The notes: generated from the sequence alone by a model not told the origin. DNA of 64,000 nt from an uncultured Pseudomonadota bacterium (GCA_963843375.1 CAWJKT010000004.1:64001-128000); one strand, 5' to 3'; counted from the stretch's first letter, positions 26,549 to 37,923 are shown. Numbers and translations are program-made.

Positions 26549-26558
26549 AAGGTCCTCA

Positions 26559-27396
26559 CTACGACGCCTTCGCGGCAGTCAGATATACGGTTCGACCCAC
26601 CGAGAGCGCCTGACCGGATTCCACCAAAGGCCGCATGACCTTTTCGAAGGTCTGGCGCTCCTCTGGGGTGAATCTTTCGGCCAGGATGGCGCTCAGCGTC
26701 GGTGCCCACGGATGCGGTGAGCTTTCGATAAATACCTGCCACGACGGAATGATGGATGGCCGCAGGTCCATGTGAAGTTCCATGTGTAGGTTTGTGAAGC
26801 CGCAGGCCCGAATCGACTCAAACAGCGTGCGCTCTGAGAAGTTGGTTATCGGACTGGCGGCAAGCTTCTCCAAGGTGTCGGGGAACTGCGCCGCCTTCCA
26901 GCGATACAGCAGCGGCAGAAAGGGATCTTGAGGCCCGGTACTGGGTTTTTCGACCATGCTTTTCAGCATACATGTCACATAGGCCTCCTCCTGAAGTATC
27001 GGCTCGGCTACCGAGATGCGGCCACCGGGTTTCAGTACGCGATGGAATTCCGCCAATGCGGCCTTCTTGTCTGCCACGTAGGTCAGAGCAGCCCGAGTCG
27101 TGATGGCATCGAGGCTGGTGTCGGCAACTCCGGAGAGTTTTCGGCAGCACTCGTGGAAGGAGCATTGCGGCAGGACCCCTCGTTCGGTCGCCTGAACTTG
27201 AGCACCCTGCAGGAGCGGTGCCGATGTCACCGAGAGTCATTCCCGGTTGCAGTTTCGCGCCCTCCAGTACCCGGTCCGCGATTGCTTCAACTTCGGCGCG
27301 CAGTGTCGCCTGAAAGATCGGGTCGCCGCCGTTGCGCAATTGAAGAAGCCATGTGGACCAGGTATCGGTGAGACGCGGATCTTGGTGGGCAGTCAT
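26559..27396 (-). pseudogene. Class I SAM methyltransferase with an internal deletion through motif I
   Basis: N-terminus ...GMTLGDIGT joins, out of frame, SAPLL...ALAEFHRVLKPGGRISVAEPI; the GxG loop and following strand are missing. Confidence 0.8.
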
Positions 27397-27501
27397 GCAA
27401 ATACTCTACACTTTAGCCCGGCAATGTATCGCTACTGAGCCGATGGTTTTAAAGCCAGAGTCCGGATATTCTCGCTCAAAGCAGATCGAAGGTTTCCTGT
27501 C

Positions 27502-28032
27502 ATGCGCTGCTGCGGTTTGCAAATTTGCCTATTGCTGTTGTGCTTCGGCGGTGCGCACGCCGGAGAAGTGCCGCTCGGACAACAGCTGCCAAGCATGACG
27601 CTGCACGGCCTGAACGGGCCGGCCCAGACCCTCGGGACCTTTCGTGGCCGGCCGTTGCTCATCAATGTCTGGGCCAGCTGGTGCGGGCCATGCCGGCAGG
27701 AAATGGCCTCCCTGGAGCGACTCGCCTGGCGCGACTCGGACCCGCACCTGGCCATCATCGGGATATCCACTGACGATGATCCGCAGGCGGCTGTGGCGCT
27801 CCTTCGCAGCACCGGCGCGACGATCAGTCAATTCATTGATGCGCGCCGGCAAATGGAAACCCTGCTGGGCGCCTCCAGCATACCCTTGACGGTGCTGGTG
27901 GATGCCCAGGGTCGGGTGCGGGCGCGCTACTACGGCTCGCGTGAATGGGACAGCCCGGCGGCGCTGCAGCTACTTCGCACTGCCTTGGGCGCGCACGAAT
28001 TGGGCGAGACTCGCGCGCCCGTCCGCCCATAG
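27502..28032 (+). CDS. TlpA/ResA-like periplasmic thioredoxin
   Basis: Signal peptide, LINVWASWCGPCRQEM, IPLTVLVD, GSREWDS. Confidence 0.92.
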   Translation: MRCCGLQICLLLLCFGGAHAGEVPLGQQLPSMTLHGLNGPAQTLGTFRGRPLLINVWASWCGPCRQEMASLERLAWRDSDPHLAIIGISTDDDPQAAVALLRSTGATISQFIDARRQMETLLGASSIPLTVLVDAQGRVRARYYGSREWDSPAALQLLRTALGAHELGETRAPVRP

Positions 28033-28548
28033 ACCAAAAGGCGTCGCGAGCGCGTCCTGCGGCAGTCGCAGCAGGATGTGGTGGCTCAGGGCGATGAAGC
28101 GCAGCGTCGCCAGGTCGATGGGATAGGCGTAAGTCACCACATCGGCATGCGGCGGATAGTGCAGCGCGCCCCGATCCGCCACGACAACCGGCAGCTGCTC
28201 GAGAGCCTGCAGCACGATCGCGCGGTCGTCGGCTTCGATCTGCAGCGTTCCACTGCTCGCCGGCGGTGGCGTCGACATGCGCTTATCGACGGTTGACCAG
28301 CGGTACAGCAGCAGATAGTCATGGTAATGGCCGGCCTCGTCCAACTCCAGCGCCACCATGGTCGCGTAGTCGCGGGCATAGGCGGCCACGTCGGTGCGCT
28401 CACGCGCAAACACCAGTGGGTGTGTGACCAGCAGCAGCGTGTTACCGCTTTGCGGATCCAGGATGGCGCGCGAGTCGGGGGACGGCGCATGAACGCAGCC
28501 TGAGCCCAGCAGCAGTGCGGTAAGCAGCAAGGTCCAGCGGCTGTTCAT
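27970..28548 (-). CDS. Hypothetical lipoprotein, last gene of the cytochrome operon
   Basis: MNSRWTLLLTALLLGSGC lipobox; starts 8 bp after the barrel gene stop. Confidence 0.75.
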   Translation of the reverse strand: MNSRWTLLLTALLLGSGCVHAPSPDSRAILDPQSGNTLLLVTHPLVFARERTDVAAYARDYATMVALELDEAGHYHDYLLLYRWSTVDKRMSTPPPASSGTLQIEADDRAIVLQALEQLPVVVADRGALHYPPHADVVTYAYPIDLATLRFIALSHHILLRLPQDALATPFGLWADGRASLAQFVRAQGSAK

Positions 28549-28555
28549 GGGTCTC

Positions 28556-31021
28556 TTAGAAGCGCAGCCGGTAGGATGCGGACAGGTACAGGGAGCGCTG
28601 CTGCAGCGTGCTGGGCTCGATGGCGCCGTTCAGGCTCTGCGGCTGCAGGGATTGCTGTTGCTGCTGCATCTGGTAGCCCGCCGTCAGCTCGAAAATGGAA
28701 CGCCGGCCGGTCCAGTCGGCGCGCAGCTGCGGCAGGTACAGAAGTTGCCGCCCGCCGAGCATGGGATCGGTCAGTTCCTCGACGCTCAGTCGGGGCCCCA
28801 AGCGCCAGGCACCATACACCACAAAGCGGGCGTCCCAGGAGAGCGTGGCGCTGCGCGCCTGAGGTGAATCATCCACCCGCACGCCGAAGATGTGCAGGTC
28901 GCTGGCCTGCAGCAGGCTGGCGCCGGATAACTGGAGCGAGATGTTCTTGTCCAGCCCCATGGAGCCGATGGCCTCGACACCGCCGGAGGCCGGCGTGCCG
29001 CCCAGCTGCAGGGCCGACAGGCTGGCCATGAATTGCCAGCGCGCCCCCAGCGAGCGGCTCGCCGACAGCACGAAGGTTTCGCTGGTGGCGGCCCGATCCA
29101 GCGCGAGCTGCTTGAGCTGCGAGGGGGTGTACTCGCTCGCCAATGCATTCAGATCCGCTGCGGCCTGGCCAATCAGGGCGTCGTTGAGTTCCAACAGCGG
29201 GCTGCGACGATAGTCCGCATCAAATCCCAGTACCCAGGATTGCCCGACGCGGGCATTGCCGATGAGAGTGGCCGAGTTGAGCTCCTGGAAGTCGACATCG
29301 TAGTCCACGAGCACCACTGCGGTACGGCCGGACTGGGTGTAGCGGGTTTGCAGGCCGACCGAGCGCCGATCGGTGAAGCCCTCGATGGTCTCGTTGAACA
29401 GGTAGCCGTCCAGGGACCACGCGGCACTGGGATCCCATTCCGCGCTCACGGTCGCGAAATTCTGCTGGGTGGAAAAATCGGAATACGAGGAATAGGCCGG
29501 CAGCCCGGCCGCGGCGCTGATCAGCAGATGCGGATTGAGCTGGTAGCCCAGGTACACCCCATCGAACAGACCGATGTTACCCTGCACCGCCAATGACTGG
29601 CGACCGATGCGGCCGGTCCAGCCCAGGATACGATCGGTCAGTTCGACGTAGGCGGCGGTGGTGCGATCCTGGCTGCCACCAAAGGTGGTCACGAGGTTCT
29701 GGGTGTAGCCCGCGTCCACCCGTGCCGTAAAGTCATAGCGATCGCCGCGATCACGCAGCAGCAGGTCGGTATACACCAGCGCCGCGTTGGCCGAGGTGGT
29801 GGTGGTGGTGACGCCTGCCGCCACGCTCTGATCCGTCCCGTACTGATAGGTGATCGAGGCGCTCCCGGCCATGCTCCAGTGGCTCGGGGTCGCGCGTGCG
29901 AATTCACCCGTGGAATTGGGTGCCAGGGAGGCGGCCAGCAGACTTTGCAGGCGCGCGCGCACCCGCACCGCCCCCGGCCGGTCCGGATAGCGGCGCAGGT
30001 ACTCCTCGCACTCCGCTTTGGCCTGCGCCAGCTGCCCGGCGCGCTCGCGCACCAGCCCGAGCAGTTCCTGGGCATCGGCGCGGGCCGGATATTCGGGCTG
30101 GCGCAGCAATCGGGTGAGCAGCTCCACGGCTTCCGGAAAGCGTTGCCCCGCCAATGCCGTGCGCGCATCGCGCAGCAGCTGCGCGCGCGTCTCATCGGGC
30201 AACGGCGCATCGGTCGTGACGGGCGCGGCCGCGGCCGGCACGCCGGCGCGCTCCACCACCGTCAGATCAGTCTGCTCATCGTTGATGGCCAGCCAGGCGC
30301 GCGGATAGACGGACAGTGCCGCCTGCAGCACGCGTTGCGCCTCCTGCTCGCCCGCAAAAGGCCCGACCCGCAACCGATACCAGTGCTGGTCTTCGAGGTT
30401 GATCTCGGACACGTAGGCCTGGGTTTGCAGGGCCTTGGCGGCGGCTTCCACCGCGGCTGGCGCGAAGGGCTGCTGCGAGGAGTCGAGGTTGACCGCGTAG
30501 CCCGCCGCCGCATCCGGCTGCGTCAGTAACACCCCGGGCTGGTGGTGCCGGGTGCCGATGAGGCGCACGCGCAGGCCCAGCCCGGAGGCCATGGGCGCCA
30601 TGACGAAGTCCAGCTCCCCGGTCCAGTTCAGCGTCAGGGTGACCTCGCCGGGAACCACGCCATCCACGCGCGCCCCGGTCACCAGCTCCCCGCCACCGCC
30701 GACCAGCGGCAGCTCGGGCACAAAGGCATTGAGCAGGTTGCCGCAATCCGGTCCGAGCCGCAGCGTGATGCTCGTGCTGCTGCCGTGATCGGCGGGGGAA
30801 CTGGAGATGTAGTGCACGCTGCAGGCGAACTGCACCGTCACGTCCGCATAGTCATCATGCTCGGTGGTGTCCACGAACTGCACCAGCGTGCCCGGCGTAC
30901 GCACCGGCGGTGCCGCCGCCGCGCTGGGCGCGGCGCTGAGCAGCCCGGCAAGACCCAGCGCACACCCCCACCACCACAGCGCCCGCCCCGGCCCTGCACG
31001 GCGCCTACTCGGGGCACTCAC
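28556..31021 (-). CDS. Outer-membrane beta-barrel (putative porin) with N-terminal periplasmic SPOR and TPR domains
   Basis: GTG 31021 overlaps the cytochrome stop (GTGA); signal peptide; SPOR-like WYRLRVGPF...AW; TPR-like AQELLGLVRERAGQLAQAKAECEEYLRRYP; amphipathic strands ending LYLSASYRLRF (terminal Phe). Confidence 0.82.
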   Translation of the reverse strand: MSAPSRRRAGPGRALWWWGCALGLAGLLSAAPSAAAAPPVRTPGTLVQFVDTTEHDDYADVTVQFACSVHYISSSPADHGSSTSITLRLGPDCGNLLNAFVPELPLVGGGGELVTGARVDGVVPGEVTLTLNWTGELDFVMAPMASGLGLRVRLIGTRHHQPGVLLTQPDAAAGYAVNLDSSQQPFAPAAVEAAAKALQTQAYVSEINLEDQHWYRLRVGPFAGEQEAQRVLQAALSVYPRAWLAINDEQTDLTVVERAGVPAAAAPVTTDAPLPDETRAQLLRDARTALAGQRFPEAVELLTRLLRQPEYPARADAQELLGLVRERAGQLAQAKAECEEYLRRYPDRPGAVRVRARLQSLLAASLAPNSTGEFARATPSHWSMAGSASITYQYGTDQSVAAGVTTTTTSANAALVYTDLLLRDRGDRYDFTARVDAGYTQNLVTTFGGSQDRTTAAYVELTDRILGWTGRIGRQSLAVQGNIGLFDGVYLGYQLNPHLLISAAAGLPAYSSYSDFSTQQNFATVSAEWDPSAAWSLDGYLFNETIEGFTDRRSVGLQTRYTQSGRTAVVLVDYDVDFQELNSATLIGNARVGQSWVLGFDADYRRSPLLELNDALIGQAAADLNALASEYTPSQLKQLALDRAATSETFVLSASRSLGARWQFMASLSALQLGGTPASGGVEAIGSMGLDKNISLQLSGASLLQASDLHIFGVRVDDSPQARSATLSWDARFVVYGAWRLGPRLSVEELTDPMLGGRQLLYLPQLRADWTGRRSIFELTAGYQMQQQQQSLQPQSLNGAIEPSTLQQRSLYLSASYRLRF

Positions 31022-34000
31022 TGTCGTGGACCACCGCTGGTGACCGGCCGGCGCAGCAGCGGCCGCAGCGGCTTGACCGCCGGTGCGATCGTCCAGGTCA
31101 AAGTGTTGTGGCAGGTACCGCAGTCGGCGCTGGTCAGCGGGTGCGGCACCTGCTTGCCGGTGGCGAGGCTGCCGTTGTGGCAGCTGGCGCAGGTTGCCGT
31201 CAGCTCCAGGTGGCTGAACCTCACGGGCAGCCAGCCAATCGTGCCGTGGCAGCTGTCGCATTCAGCGTGCGTCGCGACATGCTGGGCGGGCAGGCCTGCT
31301 GCGATCACGGCGTTGTGGCAGCTGCTGCAGCGGGCCGTGATGCTGCGGTGATCAAAGCGCGCCGGCAGCCAGGCGAGCGTCGTGTGGCAGTCCTGACACA
31401 GACCCGTGGTGCGGATATGGCCCGGGACCATGCCGGTGGCCAGCACGCCATTGTGGCAGCCGGCACAGTTGCTGGTCACACCCGCGTGGGACATCGGTTG
31501 CATGCGCCCCAGGGGCCTCATGCCGGCTTGGGTCGTTCTCGGCGCGGCCACGACCGCGCTCACCACACTGGGCGACTTGGCCTTCACGACCACATTGCGC
31601 ACCAGGTTGCCCCCGTCCCAGTTGTTGGTGTTGTGGCAGCTGCTGCAGTCTGAAGTGAGCTTGCTGCCGGAGTTGTGATCGCTCGGCCGCGTCGTCAGAC
31701 CGGTGACACCATAGAAGCTCAAGGCCGGGGTGACCTTGTTGTGACAGGCGTCGCAGGTCTTGCCGATGACCGCGAACATCAAGGTGTGCTTCGCCGAGGT
31801 CATGGTGGTGCCACTGAAGGAGGTGAATACCGTGCTCGTATGGCAGTCCTCACAGGGGGTGGTGCTGGTGGGGATGTGCACCGGGGACAGCACGGCGTCC
31901 TTGGGCGTGTAGTTGTTGTAGAACACCGGCGGCGTCGCATTCGGCGCCCCATGACAGCTAATGCAGCCGCTGGTGATGCCGGTATGCAGCACTGGATTGG
32001 CGGCCAGCGTGGTCGTGGAATAGTCCGCCGGTGCCGTCGTGTGGCAGACGGTGCAGGCCTGATTGCCGGGATTGGGCATGTGCCCCGCCGGCAGGGCCGT
32101 GGAATTCCAGTTGGCGGTCGTATGGCAGATGCTGCAGTCATTCGGTGCCACCATCTGGCCCGCGTTGTGGTCGGCGGGTCGGCCCTGCAGTGCAGGACTC
32201 GCTGCGCCCAGGTAGAAGCTCAGCCCGGCTTCATGGCAGGTATCGCAGGTGGTGGCCACGAAGGCATGCGTGGCTTGGGTCATGTTCATGGGCCCGAAAC
32301 TGCCCACCGCATAACTCGTGGTGGTATGGCAGGAGCCACAGCTGGTGCCGCCCAGATACGGGATGTGCGCAGGCGTCAGTACCGCATCCTTGGGGGTGAA
32401 GTTGTTGTACCAGGTCAGCGCCGTGGTGCCCCCGTGGCACTGCGCACACTCACTGCTGGTGATGCCGGTGTGCAGCACCGAGTTCGCGGCCAGCGTCGCC
32501 GTCGAATAATCCGCCGGAGCCGTGGTGTGGCAGAGGGTGCAGGCTTGATTGGCCGGATTGGGCATGTGGCCGGCCGGCAATGCGGTGCTGTTCCAGTTGG
32601 CGGTGGTGTGGCACAGGCTACAGTCGTTGGGCGCCACCATCTGCCCGGTGGTGTGATCGGCCGGCCGTCCCTGCAGGCCCGGGCTCGCCGCGCCCATGTA
32701 GAAAGTCAGACCCGCTTCGTGACAGCCATTGCAGGTGCTGCCAAGTCCCGCATGCGTCGCCTGCGTCATGTTCATCGGGTCCGAAGGTGCCGGCCGCAAA
32801 GGTGCTGGTCACATGGCAGTTGCTGCAGTCCGTGCCGGTGAATGCCGGAATGTGCGCCGGGGATCAGCACGGCCGATTTCGGATTGTCGTTGTTGTTGTA
32901 GAAGGTCAACGCGGTGGACCCGCCGTGACATTGCGCGCAACCGGTGCTGATACCGGTGTGCAGCACGGCATTGCTGGCCAAGGTGGCGTAGCTGGCGGTC
33001 GTACCGTTGATGGCGATATGGCACACCGCGCAGGCCTGGTTGCCGGGGTTGGGCATGTGGCCGGCCGGCAGCGCCGTGGTGTTCCAGTCCGTGGTCTCAT
33101 GGCACCCGGAGCAGTCGCCGGTGGCCTGCTGCGGCGTACCGCCCGAGAGGTGATCGGCCGGGCGACCCTGCAAGGCCGGGGTCGAGGCGCCCAGGTAGAA
33201 GCTCAGGCCCGCCTCATGGCAGGTGTCGCAGGTGGTGGCAACGAAGGCATGCTTGGCCGCACTCATGCCGGTCGGACCGAAGCCGCCGACGAGATAGTTG
33301 GCCGCATGGCAGGCACTGCAGTCCGTCCCGGACAGGAACGGGATGTGTGAGGGTGTGAGGACGTCCGATAAGGGGTTGTCGTTGTTGTTGTAGAAGGTCA
33401 GTGGCGCGCCGGCGCCGTGGCACTGGGCACACCCGGCGCTGATCCCGGTGTGCAGCACCGCGACGCTGGCCAGCGTGGCGTAGCTGGCCGCGGTGCTGCC
33501 GATGGCAATGTGGCAGACGGCGCAGGACTGATTGCCAGGATTGGGCATGTGTCCGGCCGGCAGCAGGTTGGTATTCCAGTCGGTGGTCTCATGGCACAGC
33601 GAGCAGTCGCCGGTCGCCTGCTGCGGCGTACCGCCCGAGAGGTGATCGGCCGGCCGGCCCTGCAAGGCCGGGGTCGAGGCGCCCATATAGAAGCTCAGGC
33701 CCGCCTCGTGACAGGTATCGCAGGTGCCGGACACGAAAACGTGCTTGGCCGCACTCATGGCGGTGGGACCGAAGCCCCCGGTGGTGTAATTGGCGCTATG
33801 ACAGGCGGCGCAGTCGGTGCCGGACAGATACGGAATGTGCGACGGCGTGAGCACGCCATCGACGGGCGTGTAATTGTTGAACCAGGTGAGTGGCGTGGTG
33901 CTGCCATGGCACAGGCCGCAGTTGCTGCTGATGCCGGTGTGCAGCGTGGCAATGGCCGCCAGCGTCGCCGGCGTGTAGTCGCTGGGCGCCGAGGCGTGGC

Positions 34001-35443
34001 ATTGTGCGCAACTGAGATTGCTCGGATTGGGCATGTGACCGAGCGGCAACGCGGTGCTGGTCCAGTCCGTGGTCTCGTGGCACACCGAACAGTCACTGCT
34101 GGCCATGCGCGTATCGGTACTGGCCAGGTGGTCCGCGGGCCGCAGCTGCAGCGGCGTGCCACTGCCCACGTAGAAGCTCTTCCCGGTGTCATGGCAGGTG
34201 TCACAGGTGCCGGAGACAAAGGCGTGCTTCGCGGCACTCATGGCGGTTGACGGGCCGAAGCCCCCGGCTTGATAGGCAGCGCCATGACAGGCACTGCAGT
34301 CCGTGCCGGCCAGCACCGGAATGTGCGGCGGCGCCAGCGGTGTGGCATGCGTCGGCGACACGCCCGAAACGGACATGGGGATATACGGGGCCGGTACCCC
34401 GGCGAAGGTCTGGCCGGCATGGCACATGAGGCAGTTGCTCACGGACAGGCCTGCATGCAGGGTCGGAATGCTGGCCACGAGCATCGTCCAGGTCTCAGCA
34501 CTGGGCACATTGCCGTGGCAGATGCCGCAGTCCACCAGCGAGGGAATCGGCGGCACGTGGTTGGTGGGCTGCCCCGACACAAAACCGCTGGAGATCTTCA
34601 CCGTGCCGCTGTGACAGGTCTGGCAGGTCTGCACCGTCATCTGGGTGTGATCGAAAGCCGAGGGCACCCAGCTGGGGGTCGCGGTGCCGATACCGGTCGT
34701 GTGGCAGTTCTCGCACAAGTTGCTGGTCGGCATGTGCGTACCCTGTTTGCCCACCGCCTTGGTGCCGTTGTGGCAGCTGTAGCAGCCGCTGGTAATGCCC
34801 GTATGGTCGAAGGTCGCGTTTGCCCAGGTGCTGGTCAGGTGGCAGTCGCCGCACTCCAGGCTGGTGGCGATGTGATTGGCGGGCTTGCCCGAAGCCTGCA
34901 CGCCGTTGTGGCAGATGATGCAGAACCCGGCCGCCGCCAGCGGAATCTGGCTGTGATCAACGATGGTGGGCGGATTCCAGCTGACGACACTGTGGCAGCT
35001 CGCACAGTTCTGGGTGGTGGCAGGATGGGTCGGGCCTTCGCCCTGGGCGGTGGTGCCGTTGTGGCAGCTGACGCAGCTGCCCAGCACCTCGACATGATCG
35101 AAGTGCACCTGCGGACGAAAGGAATTGGTGTCATGGCAGGCGACGCAGTTGTTGGAACTGGCGATGTGACTGCGGCTCTTCGGTGTGGCGTTGAACTGCG
35201 AGCCGCTCGTGTGGCAGGTGAGCGCAGTCCCGTGGCGTGCCCTTGAAAATGGCATTGAGGTGGCAGGATTCGCACGGCAGGTCGCGATGCACACCGTCGA
35301 GTTCGAAACCGGTCGTCAGATGATCGAAGGGCACCGTGATGGGTGGCGCGCCGCCCGCCGCCCGCAGCGGCGGTGCCGCCAGCAGCGCCACCACCAGCAG
35401 CACCGTCGCGATCCATCCGCTCCTGATGGTGCGATGTCATCAT
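31018..35443 (-). CDS. Giant multiheme c-type cytochrome, ~1470 aa, ~46 CxxCH (several frameshifts)
   Basis: Joined frames 35131-35403, 32772-35294, 32618-32812 (extended upstream: HIPAFTGTDCSNCH) and 31018-32799. Hand count 46 CxxCH, one of which spans a frameshift; Sec-type signal LLVVALLAAPPLRA. Confidence 0.9.
31620..34330 (-). repeat. Intragenic tandem repeat: five full and one partial ~160-aa five-heme modules
   Basis: Recurring HIP..CxxCH-..FGP..HxF..CDTCH-..RPADH..DCSxCH-..W..LPxGHMPNP.N..CxxCH-..LHTGI..CxxCH-..NN. Confidence 0.9.
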
Positions 35444-35449
35444 CTGGGC

Positions 35450-37030
35450 CTACTGGATCCGCGCGCCCTTCCAGGAATCGCGTCGAATGGCAGCGCTCGC
35501 AGTGCACACCGTACTGTCCGAGATGCCGGTCATCCTTCTGATGGCAGGCGTCGCACTGCTGCGACATCTTGACCGTGCCCGGCGGGTCGCGGTGGCAGTC
35601 CGCGCATTGCAGCTTGGCGTGCGCTCCGAGCAGCGGGAAATGTGCCTCCCTGGCGTGATCGAAGCTCCACAGCGCCCAGCCGTTCGCCGAATGGCAGCCT
35701 TCGCACTTGTTGCCCAGGCCGCCCTTGTGCACGTCATCGTGTGCGTGGCAGGCGACGCAGGCGGAGGCCGCGGCGCTGAAGGCCAGCGTGGCATGGCACT
35801 GCGCACAGCTGACGATGCGGTGCAGACCCAGCAACGGGAAGCTGGTCACATCGTGATCGAATACCACATCGGCTCGCCAGCCGTTCTGCCCGTGACAGTC
35901 ACCGCAGCCGCCCTTGAGCTTGGCGCCGTGCGGATCCTCGCTGCGATGGCAGTCGGCGCAGTCCTGGCCGAGCTTCTGGGTCGCGACGGCCGCGGTATGG
36001 CAGGCTGTCGCAGGCGAGGTGCGCGTGCGCGCCCAGCAACGCAAATTGGTGCCGCCCGGTGTGATCGTAGTTGTCCACCTGCCAGTGACTGTTGTCGTGG
36101 CAGGTCCTCGCACTGGCTGCCGAAGCGCAGCGCATGCGCATCGTCGGCGCGATGGCAGCCCGCGCAGTCCTTCGGGATCTTGTCCTTGTAGTTGCCGCTG
36201 CGGTGACAGGCCAGGCAGTCGATCTGCGCAGTGCGCACCCAGCAGCGCATAGCCGGTCTCCTTCAGGTGATCGAACTTCGCCGCTCTTCCACTGCTTGGT
36301 CACATGACAGCGTCCGCAATCCGAGCCGCGGCTGCCACGATGCACATCATCGGTGGCGTGGCAGCCGACGCAGCTCGCTCGGTGTCGGCTTGTAGCGTCC
36401 GCCGATATGGCAGGCATCGCACGTCAGGGCCGTGTGGGCGCCGGTCAGTGCGAAGCGGGTCTTGCCGTGATCAAATGTGCCGCCGCTCCAGTCATTGCTC
36501 GAATGGCACTCGCTGCAGGACTGGGTGAACTGTCCACGATGCGACATCGTCCGCCTTGTGGCAGCCGGCGCAGGTGTCGGCCACGGCGCGCCAGGCCGCC
36601 TGCGGCTTGTGGCAGCTCTCGCAGGGCAGCGCGGCATGCGCACCTTGCAGGCGAAAAGTCAGTCAGCTGGTGATCGAAGTGCGCACGATCCAGCTGCACG
36701 ATGTCGGCGGTGCGCCCCTTGTGCTCGGTGTGGCAGGCGCGGCATTCGCCGGCGCCGGCATTCGCCATGCGGCCATGGTAGCCGCGGTGCGTACGCAACA
36801 TCGGCGGCAATCTGCTTGTGGCAGTCCAGGCACAGGGAGGTCTGAGTGCGCGCGTTGGTGCGGTCATGGCAAGCTGGCGCAGGTGGTCTCCAGCTTTGCG
36901 TGAGCGCTTGCGCACCTTCCCCGGCATCAGCAAGGTCTCCACCGATGCCGCACCCGCAGCGCCCGCACCCAGGCACAACAGCAGTAATCCACCCGGCTCC
37001 CAGCATCTTGAGAATCGAGCCGCGCCGCAT
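35450..37030 (-). CDS. Periplasmic multiheme c-type cytochrome, ~21 CxxCH in 3-heme repeats (many frameshifts)
   Basis: Signal ...AGAASVETLLMPG; repeated FDH..F.L.GAH..CxxCH..CxxCH..D.H.G..CxxCH across frames 36445, 36347, 35899, 35846 and 35316; ends WKGARIQ* at 35450. Confidence 0.88.
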
Positions 37031-37039
37031 GTTTGGCCG

Positions 37040-37923
37040 TCAGTAGATGTTGACCGCGACCACATGCACGATTCCTGCAACCAGGAGCATGAAGAACAGC
37101 GGGATGTGAAGGACGTGCCAGAAGGAGAACAGGCGCGCATAGAGACGGTACTCGGCGGTGCGGCGCCCCGCCTCCAGGCGCCGGTCGGCATAGCGGCGCG
37201 CCAGGGCCGCCAGGCGGTCCGCATGGCGCACGACGATGCGCCCCTCCTGGGCTTTGCGCCACCCGCAACGCCCGGGCGATCTCCCGGTACACCAGCCAGC
37301 GGGCAATGAGGATCCGCAAGGCGCCGGTGAACAGGTGCGGCACGCGCGCCAGCGGCGCCCGCGGTGGCTCGATGTACCGCTTGCTCGACGCGCGCGATGA
37401 CATCCAGCACCCCGGGCAGGAAGGCGATGGAGGTGCTTTGCGCGCGCAGCCGTTCGCCCACCGATCTGAGCTGCTCCAGGGTGCTCTCATGGCCGTCCAT
37501 GTGGGCGTGCAGGCGGGTATAGATGTAGCGGCCCACCACGCCGCTGCCGGCGACCAGTAACATGCAAATCAGGGCGACATTGCTGTTGGTGGCGCCGAAA
37601 CTGAAGTTGGCGTGAAACAGCACCAGCAGCGGACCGGTCACGCCGAGCACCATGTGGATCTGGAACCAGCGCCGGAATGGTTCCGATCCAGCGCAGCCAG
37701 GCAGCCCGCTTGCGGGCCGAATAGATCAGCAGCGCCAGCATCATGCAGCCACCGGCGATGCCAAGCGCATAGCCCACACCGTGCTGCGGGGAGATGTAGC
37801 GCTCCAGGTGGGCATGCCACCCCAAGTAGACCAGCCCGGCGACCACCGCACACCAGATCAACGGCCAGTGCAGCCGCAGGCGCGACGGCTGAGGCCCGCC
37901 AGGCTGGCGGCTTCGACGCTCAC
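37040..37923 (-). CDS. Conserved inner-membrane protein with TM histidines (cytochrome b-like), frameshifted
   Basis: GYALGIAGGCMM..LIYSARKR, (H)MVLGVTGPLLVLFHANF, SGVVGRYIY, RLFSFWHVLHIPLFFML..GIVHVVAV; GTG overlaps the upstream stop. Confidence 0.78.

Noticed and set aside
32760..32870. Programmed frameshifting in the giant cytochrome
   Set aside because: No clear slippery site, and similar indels occur in many unrelated genes, so sequencing error is simpler.
31620..34330. CRISPR array or non-coding tandem repeat
   Set aside because: The repeats are ~480-bp coding modules that vary at synonymous positions, with no repeat-spacer structure or cas genes.
31018..37030. MtrA/MtrC, OmcS or hydroxylamine oxidoreductase assignment
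   Set aside because: Heme number, spacing and repeat motifs do not fit those families.
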